A stretch of 50,059 nucleotides of DNA from Candidatus Bipolaricaulota bacterium (GCA_030615945.1 JAUWYG010000001.1:1-50059), one strand, 5' to 3'; shown: positions 17,130-26,626, numbered from the stretch's first letter. Notes: generated by a model not told the origin, from the letters alone. Program-made: numbers and translations.

Positions 17130-17540
17130 GTGAGAAGACAAAGAGTGCTATGGGCCATCCTCCTCCTTTTCTATGCCGGTGCAATCTTTATCCTCTCAAG
17201 TTTCCCGTTAGAGGCGGGCGAGCCACTCGTCCCGTTTCCACACGGAGATAAACTCCTTCACTTCTTGGAGTTCTTTGTCTTCTTTATCCTTTCTTGGAAG
17301 GTCCTGCCGGCCCGGCGTCGACTGTTCTCCTCCTTAGTACTTACCGCAGTCTACGCAGGAAGTGATGAGTTTCATCAGTTCTTCATCGTCACCCGGGCAG
17401 CAAGTCTCTTGGACTGGCTTGCCGATCTCGCCGGTGGAGCGGCTGCTGCGGGCTTAATCGTCCTTCTCGTCCGCTTTCCCTTGCCGTTGTCTGCTAGAGT
17501 ACGTATACTTAAACGGCAAGATTGCGATAAGGAGGGATAG
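17130..17540 (+). CDS. VanZ family protein
   Basis: Multi-TM pattern with HGDKLLHFLEFFVFFIL and AVYAGSDEFHQFF. I start it at GTG 17130 (GGAGA 5 nt upstream). The track's start at 17067 lies inside rnpB. Confidence 0.65.
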   Translation: MRRQRVLWAILLLFYAGAIFILSSFPLEAGEPLVPFPHGDKLLHFLEFFVFFILSWKVLPARRRLFSSLVLTAVYAGSDEFHQFFIVTRAASLLDWLADLAGGAAAAGLIVLLVRFPLPLSARVRILKRQDCDKEG

Positions 17541-17542
17541 GG

Positions 17543-18229
17543 ATGTTCTGGGGACTTCCGTTTTTTATGGGGCCAAGTATTCTGATCTTGCTGCCAGCGC
17601 TGGCCTTGGCAATCTACGCCCAGTACAAGGTGCGTTCGACCTATTCGCGCTATTCTCAGGTGCAAACTGCGAACGGGACCAGTGCTTCGCAGACTGCGAA
17701 ACGGATCCTGGAAGGAGCAGGGGTCAGTGATGTCGCCGTTGAGGGAACCCGGAGGAAGCTCTCTGACCATTACGATCCACGGGGAAAGGTATTACGTCTC
17801 TCCGATCCCAAGTCGGTGTCGGTTGCAGCGGTCGGTGTGGCAGCACATGAGGCCGGCCACGCTATTCAGCATGCGCGTGGATACAAACCGCTCGTGCTTC
17901 GTACGGCGATAGTGCCCCTAGCAAACTTCGGATCACAGCTTGCCCTCCCGCTATTTTTCGTAGGGCTGATCTTTCGCTACCAAATGCTTGTCACCGTCGG
18001 GATTTTCGCCTTCTCTCTCGCCGTACTGTTCACTCTGGTGACCCTCCCAGTGGAATTCGACGCCAGCCGGCGGGCGGTCGTCGCCCTCCGCTCAAGCCTC
18101 CTGGTAAATGAAGAGGAACTAGGAGCGGTGAAGGAGGTTCTGTTCGCCGCTGCGTTAACCTATGTCGCCGCTGCCGCGATGGCCGCACTACAGCTTCTCA
18201 TGCTCCTATCGGTGAATAGAAGACGATGA
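17543..18229 (+). CDS. zinc metallopeptidase (membrane, HExxH; COG2738-like)
   Basis: N-terminal TM helix, GVAAHEAGHAIQH zinc motif, C-terminal TM helices. Confidence 0.8.
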   Translation: MFWGLPFFMGPSILILLPALALAIYAQYKVRSTYSRYSQVQTANGTSASQTAKRILEGAGVSDVAVEGTRRKLSDHYDPRGKVLRLSDPKSVSVAAVGVAAHEAGHAIQHARGYKPLVLRTAIVPLANFGSQLALPLFFVGLIFRYQMLVTVGIFAFSLAVLFTLVTLPVEFDASRRAVVALRSSLLVNEEELGAVKEVLFAAALTYVAAAAMAALQLLMLLSVNRRR

Positions 18230-18867
18230 AACTTGCCCCATCGCTCCTTGCCGCTGATTTTGGACAACTGCGGCAGGAGGCAAAAGAGGTTGAGCCTCTT
18301 GCTTCTTACTTCCATATAGACGTGATGGACGGCCACTTCGTTCCCAACCTGACGATCGGTCCACCGGTGGTCAACTCCCTTCGTCGCGGCCTTCAAAAGC
18401 CGTTTGACATCCACTTGATGATCGACCACCCCGCGATACACGCCCCCCACTTTGACGTGAAACCCGGTGACTTCATCACGTTTCATGTTGAAGCAAAGGA
18501 CGATCCTGCGCTTACGATCGACGTGATTAAGAAGATCGGCGCGAATGTCGGAATTTCACTGCGACCAAAGACGTCTCTTGAGGCGATCTTCCCTTACCTC
18601 GATGAAGTTGCCCTCGTCCTGGTGATGAGCGTGGAGCCAGGGTTCGGCGGGCAGGCGTTCATGCCGGAAGCCATCGAGCGGATCCGCTGCCTCCGCCGAA
18701 AGATCGGTGATCGATCGATCATGATCGCGGTAGACGGAGGAATCGGGCCGGAGAACGTCCGCGACGTCGTGGAAGCCGGAGCACAGCTCATCGTGGCCGG
18801 TTCGTCAATCTTTAAACAGGAGGACCGCTTGGCAGCGATGCGTGCCCTGCTGGAGGCGGCAGGATGA
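18226..18867 (+). CDS. rpe: ribulose-phosphate 3-epimerase
   Basis: APSLLAADFGQL...HIDVMDGHFVPNLTIGPPVV...VMSVEPGFGGQAF...DGGI; ATGA overlap with the upstream gene. Confidence 0.92.
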   Translation: MKLAPSLLAADFGQLRQEAKEVEPLASYFHIDVMDGHFVPNLTIGPPVVNSLRRGLQKPFDIHLMIDHPAIHAPHFDVKPGDFITFHVEAKDDPALTIDVIKKIGANVGISLRPKTSLEAIFPYLDEVALVLVMSVEPGFGGQAFMPEAIERIRCLRRKIGDRSIMIAVDGGIGPENVRDVVEAGAQLIVAGSSIFKQEDRLAAMRALLEAAG

Positions 18868-18870
18868 CCC

Positions 18871-18924
18871 CCAACGAACTCAATAAACCCAATGAACCCA
18901 ACGAACTCAATAAACTCAACGAAT
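18871..18924. repeat. six tandem degenerate 9-nt units (two 27-nt copies)
   Basis: CCAACGAAC TCAATAAAC CCAATGAAC CCAACGAAC TCAATAAAC TCAACGAAT, read directly from the sequence. Spans the rpe-ribD junction and contains the ribD ATG (18892). Confidence 0.8.
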
Positions 18925-20010
18925 GACGAGCGCTTTATGGAGATTGCCCTTGAGCTCGCTAGAAGAGGCGAGGGGTGGGTCAACCCAAACCCGATTACCG
19001 GTGCAGTCGTAGTTAAGAACGGAGTCATAATCGGTCGGGGCTATCACAAGGCGTTCGGAGGACCGCACGCCGAGGTGTTTGCCCTCGAGGAGGCTGGAGA
19101 GAATGCTCGTGGTGCCACCTTGTATGTGACCCTGGAGCCGTGCTGTCATCACGGGAAGACCCCTCCTTGCACGCGGCTAATCGTTGACGCAGGGATCAAG
19201 CGGGCAGTGATCACCTGTCGGGATCCTAATCCGTTAGCCAACGGGCAAGGAATCGGCCACCTGCACGAGGCAGGGATCGAGGTCACAGAAGGGGTGTTAA
19301 AAGAGGAATCGAAACGGGCAAACGAGATCTTCTTCAAGTTCATCACCACCCACCTTCCGTTTGTGCAGCTCAAACTCGCCATGAGCCTTGACGGAAAGAT
19401 CGCCACCCGAACAGGAGATTCAAAGTGGATCACAGGAGAAGCATCCCGGAGGGAGGCACACCGGCTTAGGCGAAAGTTTGCCGCTGTCTTAGTCGGTCTA
19501 AAAACAGTGATCGTCGATGATCCCAGGCTCACCGTGCGCCATGTCCTCGGTAAAGATCCGATCCGGGTCGTGCTGGATGGACAAGGCAAGATCGCAGTTG
19601 AGGCGACGCTCCTTCGCGACGCGGGGAGAACGATCATTGCCACCGTCGCAATGTCTAGAGACAAAGAACAAGCGCTACTCGACTTGGGGGTGGAAGTATG
19701 GCGACTCCCCGCAGACCAGGGTCAGGTTGACCTCCAGTCGTTACTGAAACGCCTCGGCGAGGAAGGCATCGATTCGGTCCTCGTAGAGGGCGGTGGTGAG
19801 ACGGCCGCCTCGTTCCTTAGTGCTCGCTTGGTGGACAAGGTTTCATTCTTTATCGCCCCGATCATCATCGGTGGCCGCGATGCGGTCCCTGCAGTGGGGG
19901 GAATCGGCAGCGAATACGTCTCCGAAGGGATCCTGCTGCACGATATCGAGGTAGAGCAAGTCGGGGAAGACACTCTCTACACAGGCTACCTTGAAAGGAG
20001 GAAGAAATGA
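18892..20010 (+). CDS. ribD: bifunctional diaminohydroxyphosphoribosylaminopyrimidine deaminase / 5-amino-6-(5-phosphoribosylamino)uracil reductase
   Basis: DERFMEIALELARRGEGWVNPNPITGAVVV, HAEVFAL and PCCHHGKTPPC deaminase zinc motifs, C-terminal reductase domain LVEGGG. Confidence 0.92.
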   Translation: MNPTNSINSTNDERFMEIALELARRGEGWVNPNPITGAVVVKNGVIIGRGYHKAFGGPHAEVFALEEAGENARGATLYVTLEPCCHHGKTPPCTRLIVDAGIKRAVITCRDPNPLANGQGIGHLHEAGIEVTEGVLKEESKRANEIFFKFITTHLPFVQLKLAMSLDGKIATRTGDSKWITGEASRREAHRLRRKFAAVLVGLKTVIVDDPRLTVRHVLGKDPIRVVLDGQGKIAVEATLLRDAGRTIIATVAMSRDKEQALLDLGVEVWRLPADQGQVDLQSLLKRLGEEGIDSVLVEGGGETAASFLSARLVDKVSFFIAPIIIGGRDAVPAVGGIGSEYVSEGILLHDIEVEQVGEDTLYTGYLERRKK

Positions 20011-21284
20011 TCAACCGCTATACCCTCTCACCGATGAAGGAGTTGTGGACCTTAAAGGCCCAGTACGAGCGGTGGCTTGAGGTGGAACTCGCTGTCCTTA
20101 CGGCAATGGAGAAACTCGGGGAGGTCCCCACGGGGACGCTTGCTGCTGTTAAGAAGACTGTTCGCATCGACCTTCCCCGTATCCAGGAGATCGAGGGTGA
20201 GATTCAGCACGACTTGCTTGCCTTCATACGCTCGTTAGAGGAGCAGGCCGGTGATGCCGGCCGATACATCCATCGTGGCCTCACCTCGTCTGACGTGAAA
20301 GACACCACCCTCGCACTGCAGATGCGCGATGGACTCAACATCATTTTGGAAGTAGCGTACCGGCTTCAGGAGGCGCTCCTTAAAAAGGCACGCCAGTACC
20401 AGGACCTAGTGATGGTTGGCCGAACACACGGGATGCACGCTGAACCGACGACGCTCGGGCTTAAGCTCTTCCTTTGGCATGAGGAGGTCGGCCGCGACAT
20501 CCAGCGCCTCGAACGAGCACTTAAAACGATCTCAGTGGGAAAGATCTCTGGCCCGGTGGGAACCTACTCGCAGGTCTCTCCTGAGGTGGAGAGGCTCACT
20601 TGCAAGAACCTCGGCCTTCAACCGGTGAGGGTGTCAAGCCAGATCCTCCAGCGCGACCGGCACGCCGAAGTGATAGCAGCTATTGCGATCACGGGGGCAA
20701 CGTTGGAGAAGATGGCTCTGGAGATCCGCAACCTCGCGCGCAGCGAGGTCGGTGAAGTCGAGGAGCCAGTTCCGGAGGGCTCCTCCTCTATGCCCCACAA
20801 GCGCAACCCGATCACCTCAGAGCGTATCTGTGGACTGGCGCGGTTGTTGCGGGGAAACCTTCAAGCGGCGTTGGAGAATGTCGCCCTGTGGCACGAGAGA
20901 GATATGTCTCACTCCTGCGTCGAGCGAGTTATCATTCCTGACAGCTTCCTCCTCGCCCACTACATGCTTGTTAAGATGACCACCCTTATTGACCGGCTTG
21001 TGGTCCACAAAGAGCAAATTCAAAAGAACCTCGATCTGACGAAAGGAGCGATCTATTCCCAGATTCTCCTGATTGAGTTAGTTGAGCACGGAATGGTGCG
21101 AAGCAAAGTGCATGAGGTGCTCAAGGCGGCATCGAAGCGAGCACTTGACACAAATACATCGCTTCTGTCCGTTCTCAACGATGATCCCCAGGTAGCAGAG
21201 CTCCTGAAAGAGCAAAAGATTGACGAGGACGCCCTGCTCGAGCGGCTACGCGCCACTAGCCACAGAATTATCGGGCATGAGTGA
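20007..21284 (+). CDS. purB: adenylosuccinate lyase
   Basis: RYTLSPMKELW, GLTSSDVKDT, fumarate-lyase signature GSSSMPHKRNP; ATGA overlap with ribD. Confidence 0.92.
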   Translation: MINRYTLSPMKELWTLKAQYERWLEVELAVLTAMEKLGEVPTGTLAAVKKTVRIDLPRIQEIEGEIQHDLLAFIRSLEEQAGDAGRYIHRGLTSSDVKDTTLALQMRDGLNIILEVAYRLQEALLKKARQYQDLVMVGRTHGMHAEPTTLGLKLFLWHEEVGRDIQRLERALKTISVGKISGPVGTYSQVSPEVERLTCKNLGLQPVRVSSQILQRDRHAEVIAAIAITGATLEKMALEIRNLARSEVGEVEEPVPEGSSSMPHKRNPITSERICGLARLLRGNLQAALENVALWHERDMSHSCVERVIIPDSFLLAHYMLVKMTTLIDRLVVHKEQIQKNLDLTKGAIYSQILLIELVEHGMVRSKVHEVLKAASKRALDTNTSLLSVLNDDPQVAELLKEQKIDEDALLERLRATSHRIIGHE

Positions 21285-21366
21285 AACACATCTTTTCTGA
21301 GTGGTGGAGTGGGTGCCCTAGGCTTGTAATCAGATCCTACGCCATATTAAACCGTTTCTATCATGA

Positions 21367-22560
21367 GTGTGGACGCAGAATATGAATGAAGCACTCTTAA
21401 CGCATGTGGAAGCCCTCGCGCGAGAGATCGGCCCGCGGGGGACAGGGACGGCAGGAGAGGCGCAAGCGGCGCACTACGTCCGTGAACAGTTACAAAAGCT
21501 CGGCCTGGCAGCAAATGAACAGCGTTTTCTTGCAGTGGGGGATATGAACTGGTTTCCCATCTCCGCTGCCCTGTTGGCTCTGTGCGGAACGATGATCTAT
21601 CCCTGGGCGGGCTGGACGCGCTGGTTAGGGGCGCTTTTGGCCGGGCTGGCTGCACCGCTCCTTTGGTGGGCGATCGTCCGCGCCGATAGCCCTCTCTGGT
21701 GTCTTCTTCCTCGCGTTACGAGCCGGAATGTCGTTGCTCGCGTTACTCCAACAGGAAAGACCCAACAGAGAGTGGTGGTCCTTTCACACCTCGACAGCAA
21801 CCGCTGTCGTCTTACCTGGTGTGCAGGGAAGGCCAAGACCATCAAGTACGGCTCGATCGCTACACTCACCGCCTACGGCCTGAACGGACTTCTTTACCTC
21901 CTGGGAGCCGCGAGCAGGTCTCAGTGGCCTTACCTGGCCTCTCTCCCCGGCGCGGCCTACGCCATGGCAACGTTGGTCGTCCTTATCGTGGATACACGTC
22001 GTCCCTACTCACCAGGGGCGAATGACAACGCGGCGAGCGTCGCAGTAAACCTGGAACTAGCGACACGACTCGCGATAGAACCGCTGGAAAGGACAGAGGT
22101 CTGGCTTGCCTTCACCGGTGCGGAAGAGGTAGATCATCGTGGGTTGAAGGTCCTTCTAAGGGAGCACACCGAGTTCCGCGAGGCTCTCTTCATCGATCTG
22201 GAAGGGGTCGGCGGAGGAGATCTCTGTTACCTCACGCAGGAGGGACTCATCAAACACTACCGGCCCGATCCAAGGCTCCTCAAGCTTGCGGAAGAGGCGG
22301 CGAAGAGGCGGAGCGATTTGCAAGTAGGATCGACTGAGATGCTGGTGGTCGATGAGGTGCAGACCCTGCGGCGGTTGGGCTACCGCGCGATCTGCCTCGC
22401 GGGTAGGGACCCACAGACCGACTCTATTCCCTACTGGCACACCTGCGAGGACACGCTGGAGCACGTTTCCGCCGTGGCGCTCGGGCGGGCAGCGGAGTTC
22501 GTCTGGGAGATGCTTAACCAGATCGATGCCGCACCGAGAGGTGCTCACACCTGTCCTTAA
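21367..22560 (+). CDS. M28 family metallopeptidase with membrane-spanning insert
   Basis: VVVLSHLDS, PGANDNAASVAVNLELA, FTGAEEVDHRG, plus several hydrophobic helices. ATG 21382 (MNEALL) is an alternative start. Confidence 0.7.
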   Translation: MWTQNMNEALLTHVEALAREIGPRGTGTAGEAQAAHYVREQLQKLGLAANEQRFLAVGDMNWFPISAALLALCGTMIYPWAGWTRWLGALLAGLAAPLLWWAIVRADSPLWCLLPRVTSRNVVARVTPTGKTQQRVVVLSHLDSNRCRLTWCAGKAKTIKYGSIATLTAYGLNGLLYLLGAASRSQWPYLASLPGAAYAMATLVVLIVDTRRPYSPGANDNAASVAVNLELATRLAIEPLERTEVWLAFTGAEEVDHRGLKVLLREHTEFREALFIDLEGVGGGDLCYLTQEGLIKHYRPDPRLLKLAEEAAKRRSDLQVGSTEMLVVDEVQTLRRLGYRAICLAGRDPQTDSIPYWHTCEDTLEHVSAVALGRAAEFVWEMLNQIDAAPRGAHTCP

Positions 22561-23939
22561 CGCAGAAGCGCTCCTTTGACGAGATCTTTTCCCACCTTCC
22601 ACAGGCCGCCGGGGAAGCGATGCGCGTCGGCGAGCACCTTATCGAGTGCGTCGAGGGCGTAATCGACCTCCTTCTCGCCGATGACGAGAGGCGGTAGGAA
22701 CTTGACGATGTTCACCCGGTGTCCGGAGACCTGAGTAAGGAGACGATGATCGTGCATCAGGCCCATCACCACCATCTGGGCGAACAACCCCTCCTGCACC
22801 TTTTCGAGCGCGGTCCATCCTCCTTTCAGCTTGAGCGATTTCGGCGGACCGAACTCGATAGCCACCATCAGTCCCTTCCCGCGCACGTCCTTCACCATCT
22901 CGTAGCGGTCCTTCAATCGTTCGAGCCCGGCCAGGAACCGCTCCCCCATCCGGGCGGCGTTTGAGACTAGATCCTCCTCCTCCAGAACCTCAAGCATCGC
23001 TAGCCCCGCCCCCATTGCGAGTTCGTTCATCCCGAAGGTGTTGGAGTGAACGACCGCGCGTTCGAGCCCAGAGAAGACCTTCTTGTGAATCTCCCGCCGC
23101 GCGAGTATCGCCCCCACTGGGACGAAGCCACCGCTGAGCGCCTTAGAGATAGGAACGATGTCTGGCGAAATTCCCCAGTGCTCACCGCAGAAGAACCTCC
23201 CTGTCCGGCCGAGTCCAGCCTGAACCTCATCGGCGATGAAGAGCGTCCCATACTCGTGGCAGAGGCGCCCTGCCTCTGGGAGAAACCGATCATTCGGGAT
23301 ATAGACCCCCTTCCCCTGGATCGGCTCGGCGATGAACGCCGCCACGTCCCCCTTCTTCAGTTCGCGCTCCAGGACGTCGAGATCGTTCATCGGAATCGGC
23401 GTCGCCGGAAGGAGTTCCCCAAACCCGGAGGTGAAGTGCTCGCTCCCGTTGACCGATAGTGCTCCCAGTGTCAGGCCGTGGAAAGCATGATCCAGATACA
23501 AGAATCGCTCACGACCGGTCGCCGCACGGGCGAACTTCAGCGCTCCCTCGACCGATTCTGCCCCGGAGTTGGTGAAGAAGACCGCGTCGAGCCCGGGATA
23601 GCTCGCCTTTCCCATCTGCGTTAATCGCTCCGCCAATAGACCCGCAAGCAAAGGACAGTCCATCTGAATCAGGTTTGGTCGATCCAGGTTGAGCAGCTCA
23701 CGCAAGACCCGTTTGATTTTGGGGTGGTTTCGTCCCAGGTGAAAGACGCCATACCCACCGAGGAAGTCCAGATACTTGTTTCCATCCTGATCGTAAAGGT
23801 AAGCACCCTCGCCTTTAGTATAGACCTCATCATAGCCGATTATTCGTAGCACCCGGACAAAGGCCGGATTGATGTATTTCCTGTGTAGATCGTAATTCTC
23901 TCCGTTGTGCTCCGCGAGAAGCTGGGCAATCTCCATCAT
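22557..23939 (-). CDS. class III PLP-dependent aminotransferase (acetylornithine/ornithine/putrescine type)
   Basis: YLDFLGGYGVFHLGRNHP, FFTNSGAESVEGALKFAR, LFIADEVQAGLGRTG, DIVPISKALSGG (PLP lysine). Confidence 0.85.
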   Translation of the reverse strand: MMEIAQLLAEHNGENYDLHRKYINPAFVRVLRIIGYDEVYTKGEGAYLYDQDGNKYLDFLGGYGVFHLGRNHPKIKRVLRELLNLDRPNLIQMDCPLLAGLLAERLTQMGKASYPGLDAVFFTNSGAESVEGALKFARAATGRERFLYLDHAFHGLTLGALSVNGSEHFTSGFGELLPATPIPMNDLDVLERELKKGDVAAFIAEPIQGKGVYIPNDRFLPEAGRLCHEYGTLFIADEVQAGLGRTGRFFCGEHWGISPDIVPISKALSGGFVPVGAILARREIHKKVFSGLERAVVHSNTFGMNELAMGAGLAMLEVLEEEDLVSNAARMGERFLAGLERLKDRYEMVKDVRGKGLMVAIEFGPPKSLKLKGGWTALEKVQEGLFAQMVVMGLMHDHRLLTQVSGHRVNIVKFLPPLVIGEKEVDYALDALDKVLADAHRFPGGLWKVGKDLVKGALLR

Positions 23940-23995
23940 GCCACCTCCTTTTGCGATCTTAGCGCCCCTGGCAGAAGTTGTAAAATCCCTTTCCC

Positions 23996-24024
23996 TTGAC
24001 TTGTAAAGCCCAATCCGCTAAAGA
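23996..24024 (+). promoter_or_regulatory. candidate sigma70-type promoter (TTGACT, 17 nt, TAAAGA)
   Basis: Read from the sequence, about 40 nt upstream of AAGGAGG and GTG 24063. Prediction only. Confidence 0.25.
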
Positions 24025-24062
24025 AGAGATTTGAGGATCACATCATACAAGGAGGATGTAAC

Positions 24063-24980
24063 GTGAGAAGCCGATACTTCTATTTAGCGGCATCTTGCTT
24101 GATCTTTTGTAGCATCCTGCTCACCCTGCCATTTGCTGTTCCGCTGGTCAGCGGTAACCCCGCTATCCAGTCCATCGCGCAAGGTGACCAAGCCTACAAC
24201 CAGCGATTCGATATCGAAACTGATGAGCCTATGGAGTTCCTCAAGGCTTATAAGCCCCATATCGAAAGAGCTATCGGCTACTATGCGATTCCTATACAAG
24301 ATCCAAGCACCCTGTCGATCCAATCTCAGGCCTATGTGTACAACCGCCTTGCTCAGCTCAATTATGAGCTTGCCAAGGTCTTGATCTTAGAAGAGGGTAA
24401 AGAGCAAGAGATCACGGATGCACTCGTCCAAGGTAAGGAATACGGGTTTATGAGCCTCGAGCTTCACTCAGGCTTTGACAGAGAAAGGTTCATTGATACC
24501 CTCAACTGGGTCAAAGATGTGGCCGCCCTGGTGTGGACAGCGGACTGTTGGGGAACATGGCTTGGGTATAATCCAATAGAAGGTTTCCTGAATCTTTCCA
24601 AAGTCAAAAAGATGTACGAGCAAGCCATAGCAGTAGATGAGTATTTCTGGGGCGGTAGTAGTCATATTGGACTAGGGGCACTTCTTGGAACAACACCGAG
24701 CATGCTCGGTGGAGATCCGCAGGAGGCCCAAGAGCAGTTTAAAAGAGCATTGGAAATCGATCCTGATTATCTCCCTACCTCAGTTGTCTATGCTGAAAGC
24801 TACGGTTTCACTCATTTCTTTGGCACCCGGAATGGCATCCGCAACCGGCAGCTTATAGAGGAGCGGTTGACTTTCGTCACTGAAGCTCCGGTGGGCGAAG
24901 AAAGGCCTTTCTGGAACTGGGAGGCCAAAGCCGAAGCCGAGCTTCTATGGTCGGAATTGGAAAGGTTCTCTTCTCGATGA
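24063..24980 (+). CDS. secreted helical-repeat protein, TRAP-T-associated TatT-like (tentative)
   Basis: Signal-like N-terminus. C-terminal GGDPQEAQEQFKRALEIDPDYLPTSVVYAESY...FWNWEAKAEAELLWSELERF resembles the TatT family pattern as I recall it. Visibly more AT-rich than its neighbours. Confidence 0.45.
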   Translation: MRSRYFYLAASCLIFCSILLTLPFAVPLVSGNPAIQSIAQGDQAYNQRFDIETDEPMEFLKAYKPHIERAIGYYAIPIQDPSTLSIQSQAYVYNRLAQLNYELAKVLILEEGKEQEITDALVQGKEYGFMSLELHSGFDRERFIDTLNWVKDVAALVWTADCWGTWLGYNPIEGFLNLSKVKKMYEQAIAVDEYFWGGSSHIGLGALLGTTPSMLGGDPQEAQEQFKRALEIDPDYLPTSVVYAESYGFTHFFGTRNGIRNRQLIEERLTFVTEAPVGEERPFWNWEAKAEAELLWSELERFSSR

Positions 24981-25021
24981 GGATTCCGATAGACAGGGCC
25001 CGGCAGCCGTTCTACAATGCG

Positions 25022-26020
25022 CTAGCTAGGTGCGGTGCGGACGTAGCCGTTATCGTGAAACCAGTCGACGGCTTTTCGAAGCGCACCCTTGGCGGAGTTT
25101 TGAGGGAGACCGAGCTCGCGGATCGCCTTGCCTGGATCGTAGTACATGTAGTGACACGACATGCGGATCGTGTCCGGAGTCATGCGCGGCGTAGCTCCCG
25201 TAATCTTGCAGAAGGCGGCGTTTAAGTACGATAGCCCAAGGATCGGATAGTAGGGAATCTTCACGCGTGGTGCGGGGATCCCGGTGATCTCGGAGAGGAG
25301 GCCGAGTAGTTCGCCCATCGTCATATCCTCCCCACCGAGGATGTAGCGCTCGCCGATCCGTCCCTTTTCAGCGGCTAGGAGGTGTCCAAGTGCCACGTCC
25401 TCGACATCGACTACATTCATCCCAGTCTCCACGTATGCGGGGATACGGTTATTGAGAAAGTCGAGGATCGTCTGGCCTGTCGGGGTCGGCTTGATGTCGC
25501 GCGGGCCGACCGGGAATGAGGGATTGACAATCACCACGGGAAGGCCGCTACGGGCGTAGTCGAGAGCAACCTGTTCGGCACGGTACTTACTCTTCTTATA
25601 GTCACCGATGATCTTTCCGGGGTCGACCGGCGTCTCCTCAGTCACAGGTTCTTTTCCCTCGGGAACCGCCAGAGCGGCGACTGAGCTCGTGTACACAATA
25701 CGTTCTACGCCCGCTTCCTTTGCGACCTCAAGAACGTTACGGGTTCCCTCAACGTTCACCCGCTCGATCAGCCCGGGCTCACGGACCCAGAACGAATACA
25801 GAGCCGCCGCGTGAAAGACCCGCTCACACCCCTGCACTGCTCGCCGCAGGGAATCGACATCGGTGATATCCCCTTGAACAAGCTCGATCTCAAGGCCATC
25901 CAGGTTGCGCATATCTGCGCCCTTACGGACGAGAGCGCAGACCTCATAGTCGGCTTTCAACAACTCCCGCACGATGCTTGAACCGATAAACCCCGTTCCA
26001 CCCGTCACAAATGCCTTCAA
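25022..26020 (-). CDS. NAD-dependent epimerase/dehydratase (extended SDR, dihydroflavonol-reductase/HpnA-like)
   Basis: MKAFVTGGTGFIGSSIVREL Rossmann motif, catalytic YKKSK, overall extended-SDR layout. Confidence 0.85.
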   Translation of the reverse strand: MKAFVTGGTGFIGSSIVRELLKADYEVCALVRKGADMRNLDGLEIELVQGDITDVDSLRRAVQGCERVFHAAALYSFWVREPGLIERVNVEGTRNVLEVAKEAGVERIVYTSSVAALAVPEGKEPVTEETPVDPGKIIGDYKKSKYRAEQVALDYARSGLPVVIVNPSFPVGPRDIKPTPTGQTILDFLNNRIPAYVETGMNVVDVEDVALGHLLAAEKGRIGERYILGGEDMTMGELLGLLSEITGIPAPRVKIPYYPILGLSYLNAAFCKITGATPRMTPDTIRMSCHYMYYDPGKAIRELGLPQNSAKGALRKAVDWFHDNGYVRTAPS

Positions 26021-26326
26021 AACAAGTCCCTCCTCTCCGGCGATCGCTCAAATCACGCAGGGGACAGATCACGCTTCTTCCATATCTTGGCTAAAGTTAT
26101 AATAAGAAAGAGATCACTCCCAATTTTAAGGGAGGTGATTCTTCTGAGACGGGACTCTCACGTCTTGGTATCGTTGCTTGGGATCGCGCTCCTCATCTCT
26201 GGCTGTTCTTTAGTTTAGGCATGATCGACTACGCGGGAACAATCATGCGATTAACCTACCAGATGAGTATTGCGCACGAAAAGCGGCCTATCCTCAATCT
26301 CCTGGCGAACCCTTAAGGATCAAGAG

Positions 26327-26626
26327 TTACTCTCCTTGGATTCGGTAAACGGTGTTCCCATTACGGGGAATGTTCGCTGGCCACTCCTCCTCGGCTTGGG
26401 GAAGGGTCACCAACAGACCAACCTCGCTTCCTCCACCAACTTCCGTCACCGCTTTGTGATCGACCTCCAGCGACTCAACCGTCTGCTCGATGTAGGTGTG
26501 CGGACCTCTGATACAGATCCGGTCGCCCACTTTGAGTGTCTGGCCTGCGAGGATCTTTACCGCGGCTACGCAAATCCTCTGAAAGAAATCGGTGACTCGT
26601 CCAATCTCAATCTCCGAGTGCGCCAT
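26327..26626 (-). CDS. translation elongation factor-like small beta-barrel protein
   Basis: From ATG 26626 (AGGAGG upstream): MAHSEIEIGRVTDFFQRICVAAVKILAGQTLKVGDRICIRG...VESLEVDHKAV resembles stand-alone EF-Tu domain-2-like proteins. Confidence 0.55.
   Translation of the reverse strand: MAHSEIEIGRVTDFFQRICVAAVKILAGQTLKVGDRICIRGPHTYIEQTVESLEVDHKAVTEVGGGSEVGLLVTLPQAEEEWPANIPRNGNTVYRIQGE

Noticed and set aside
22557-22560. Convergent M28 peptidase and aminotransferase genes share overlapping stop codons within TTAA.
   Set aside because: This is real but trivial, a consequence of tight packing. No terminator or regulatory structure is evident.
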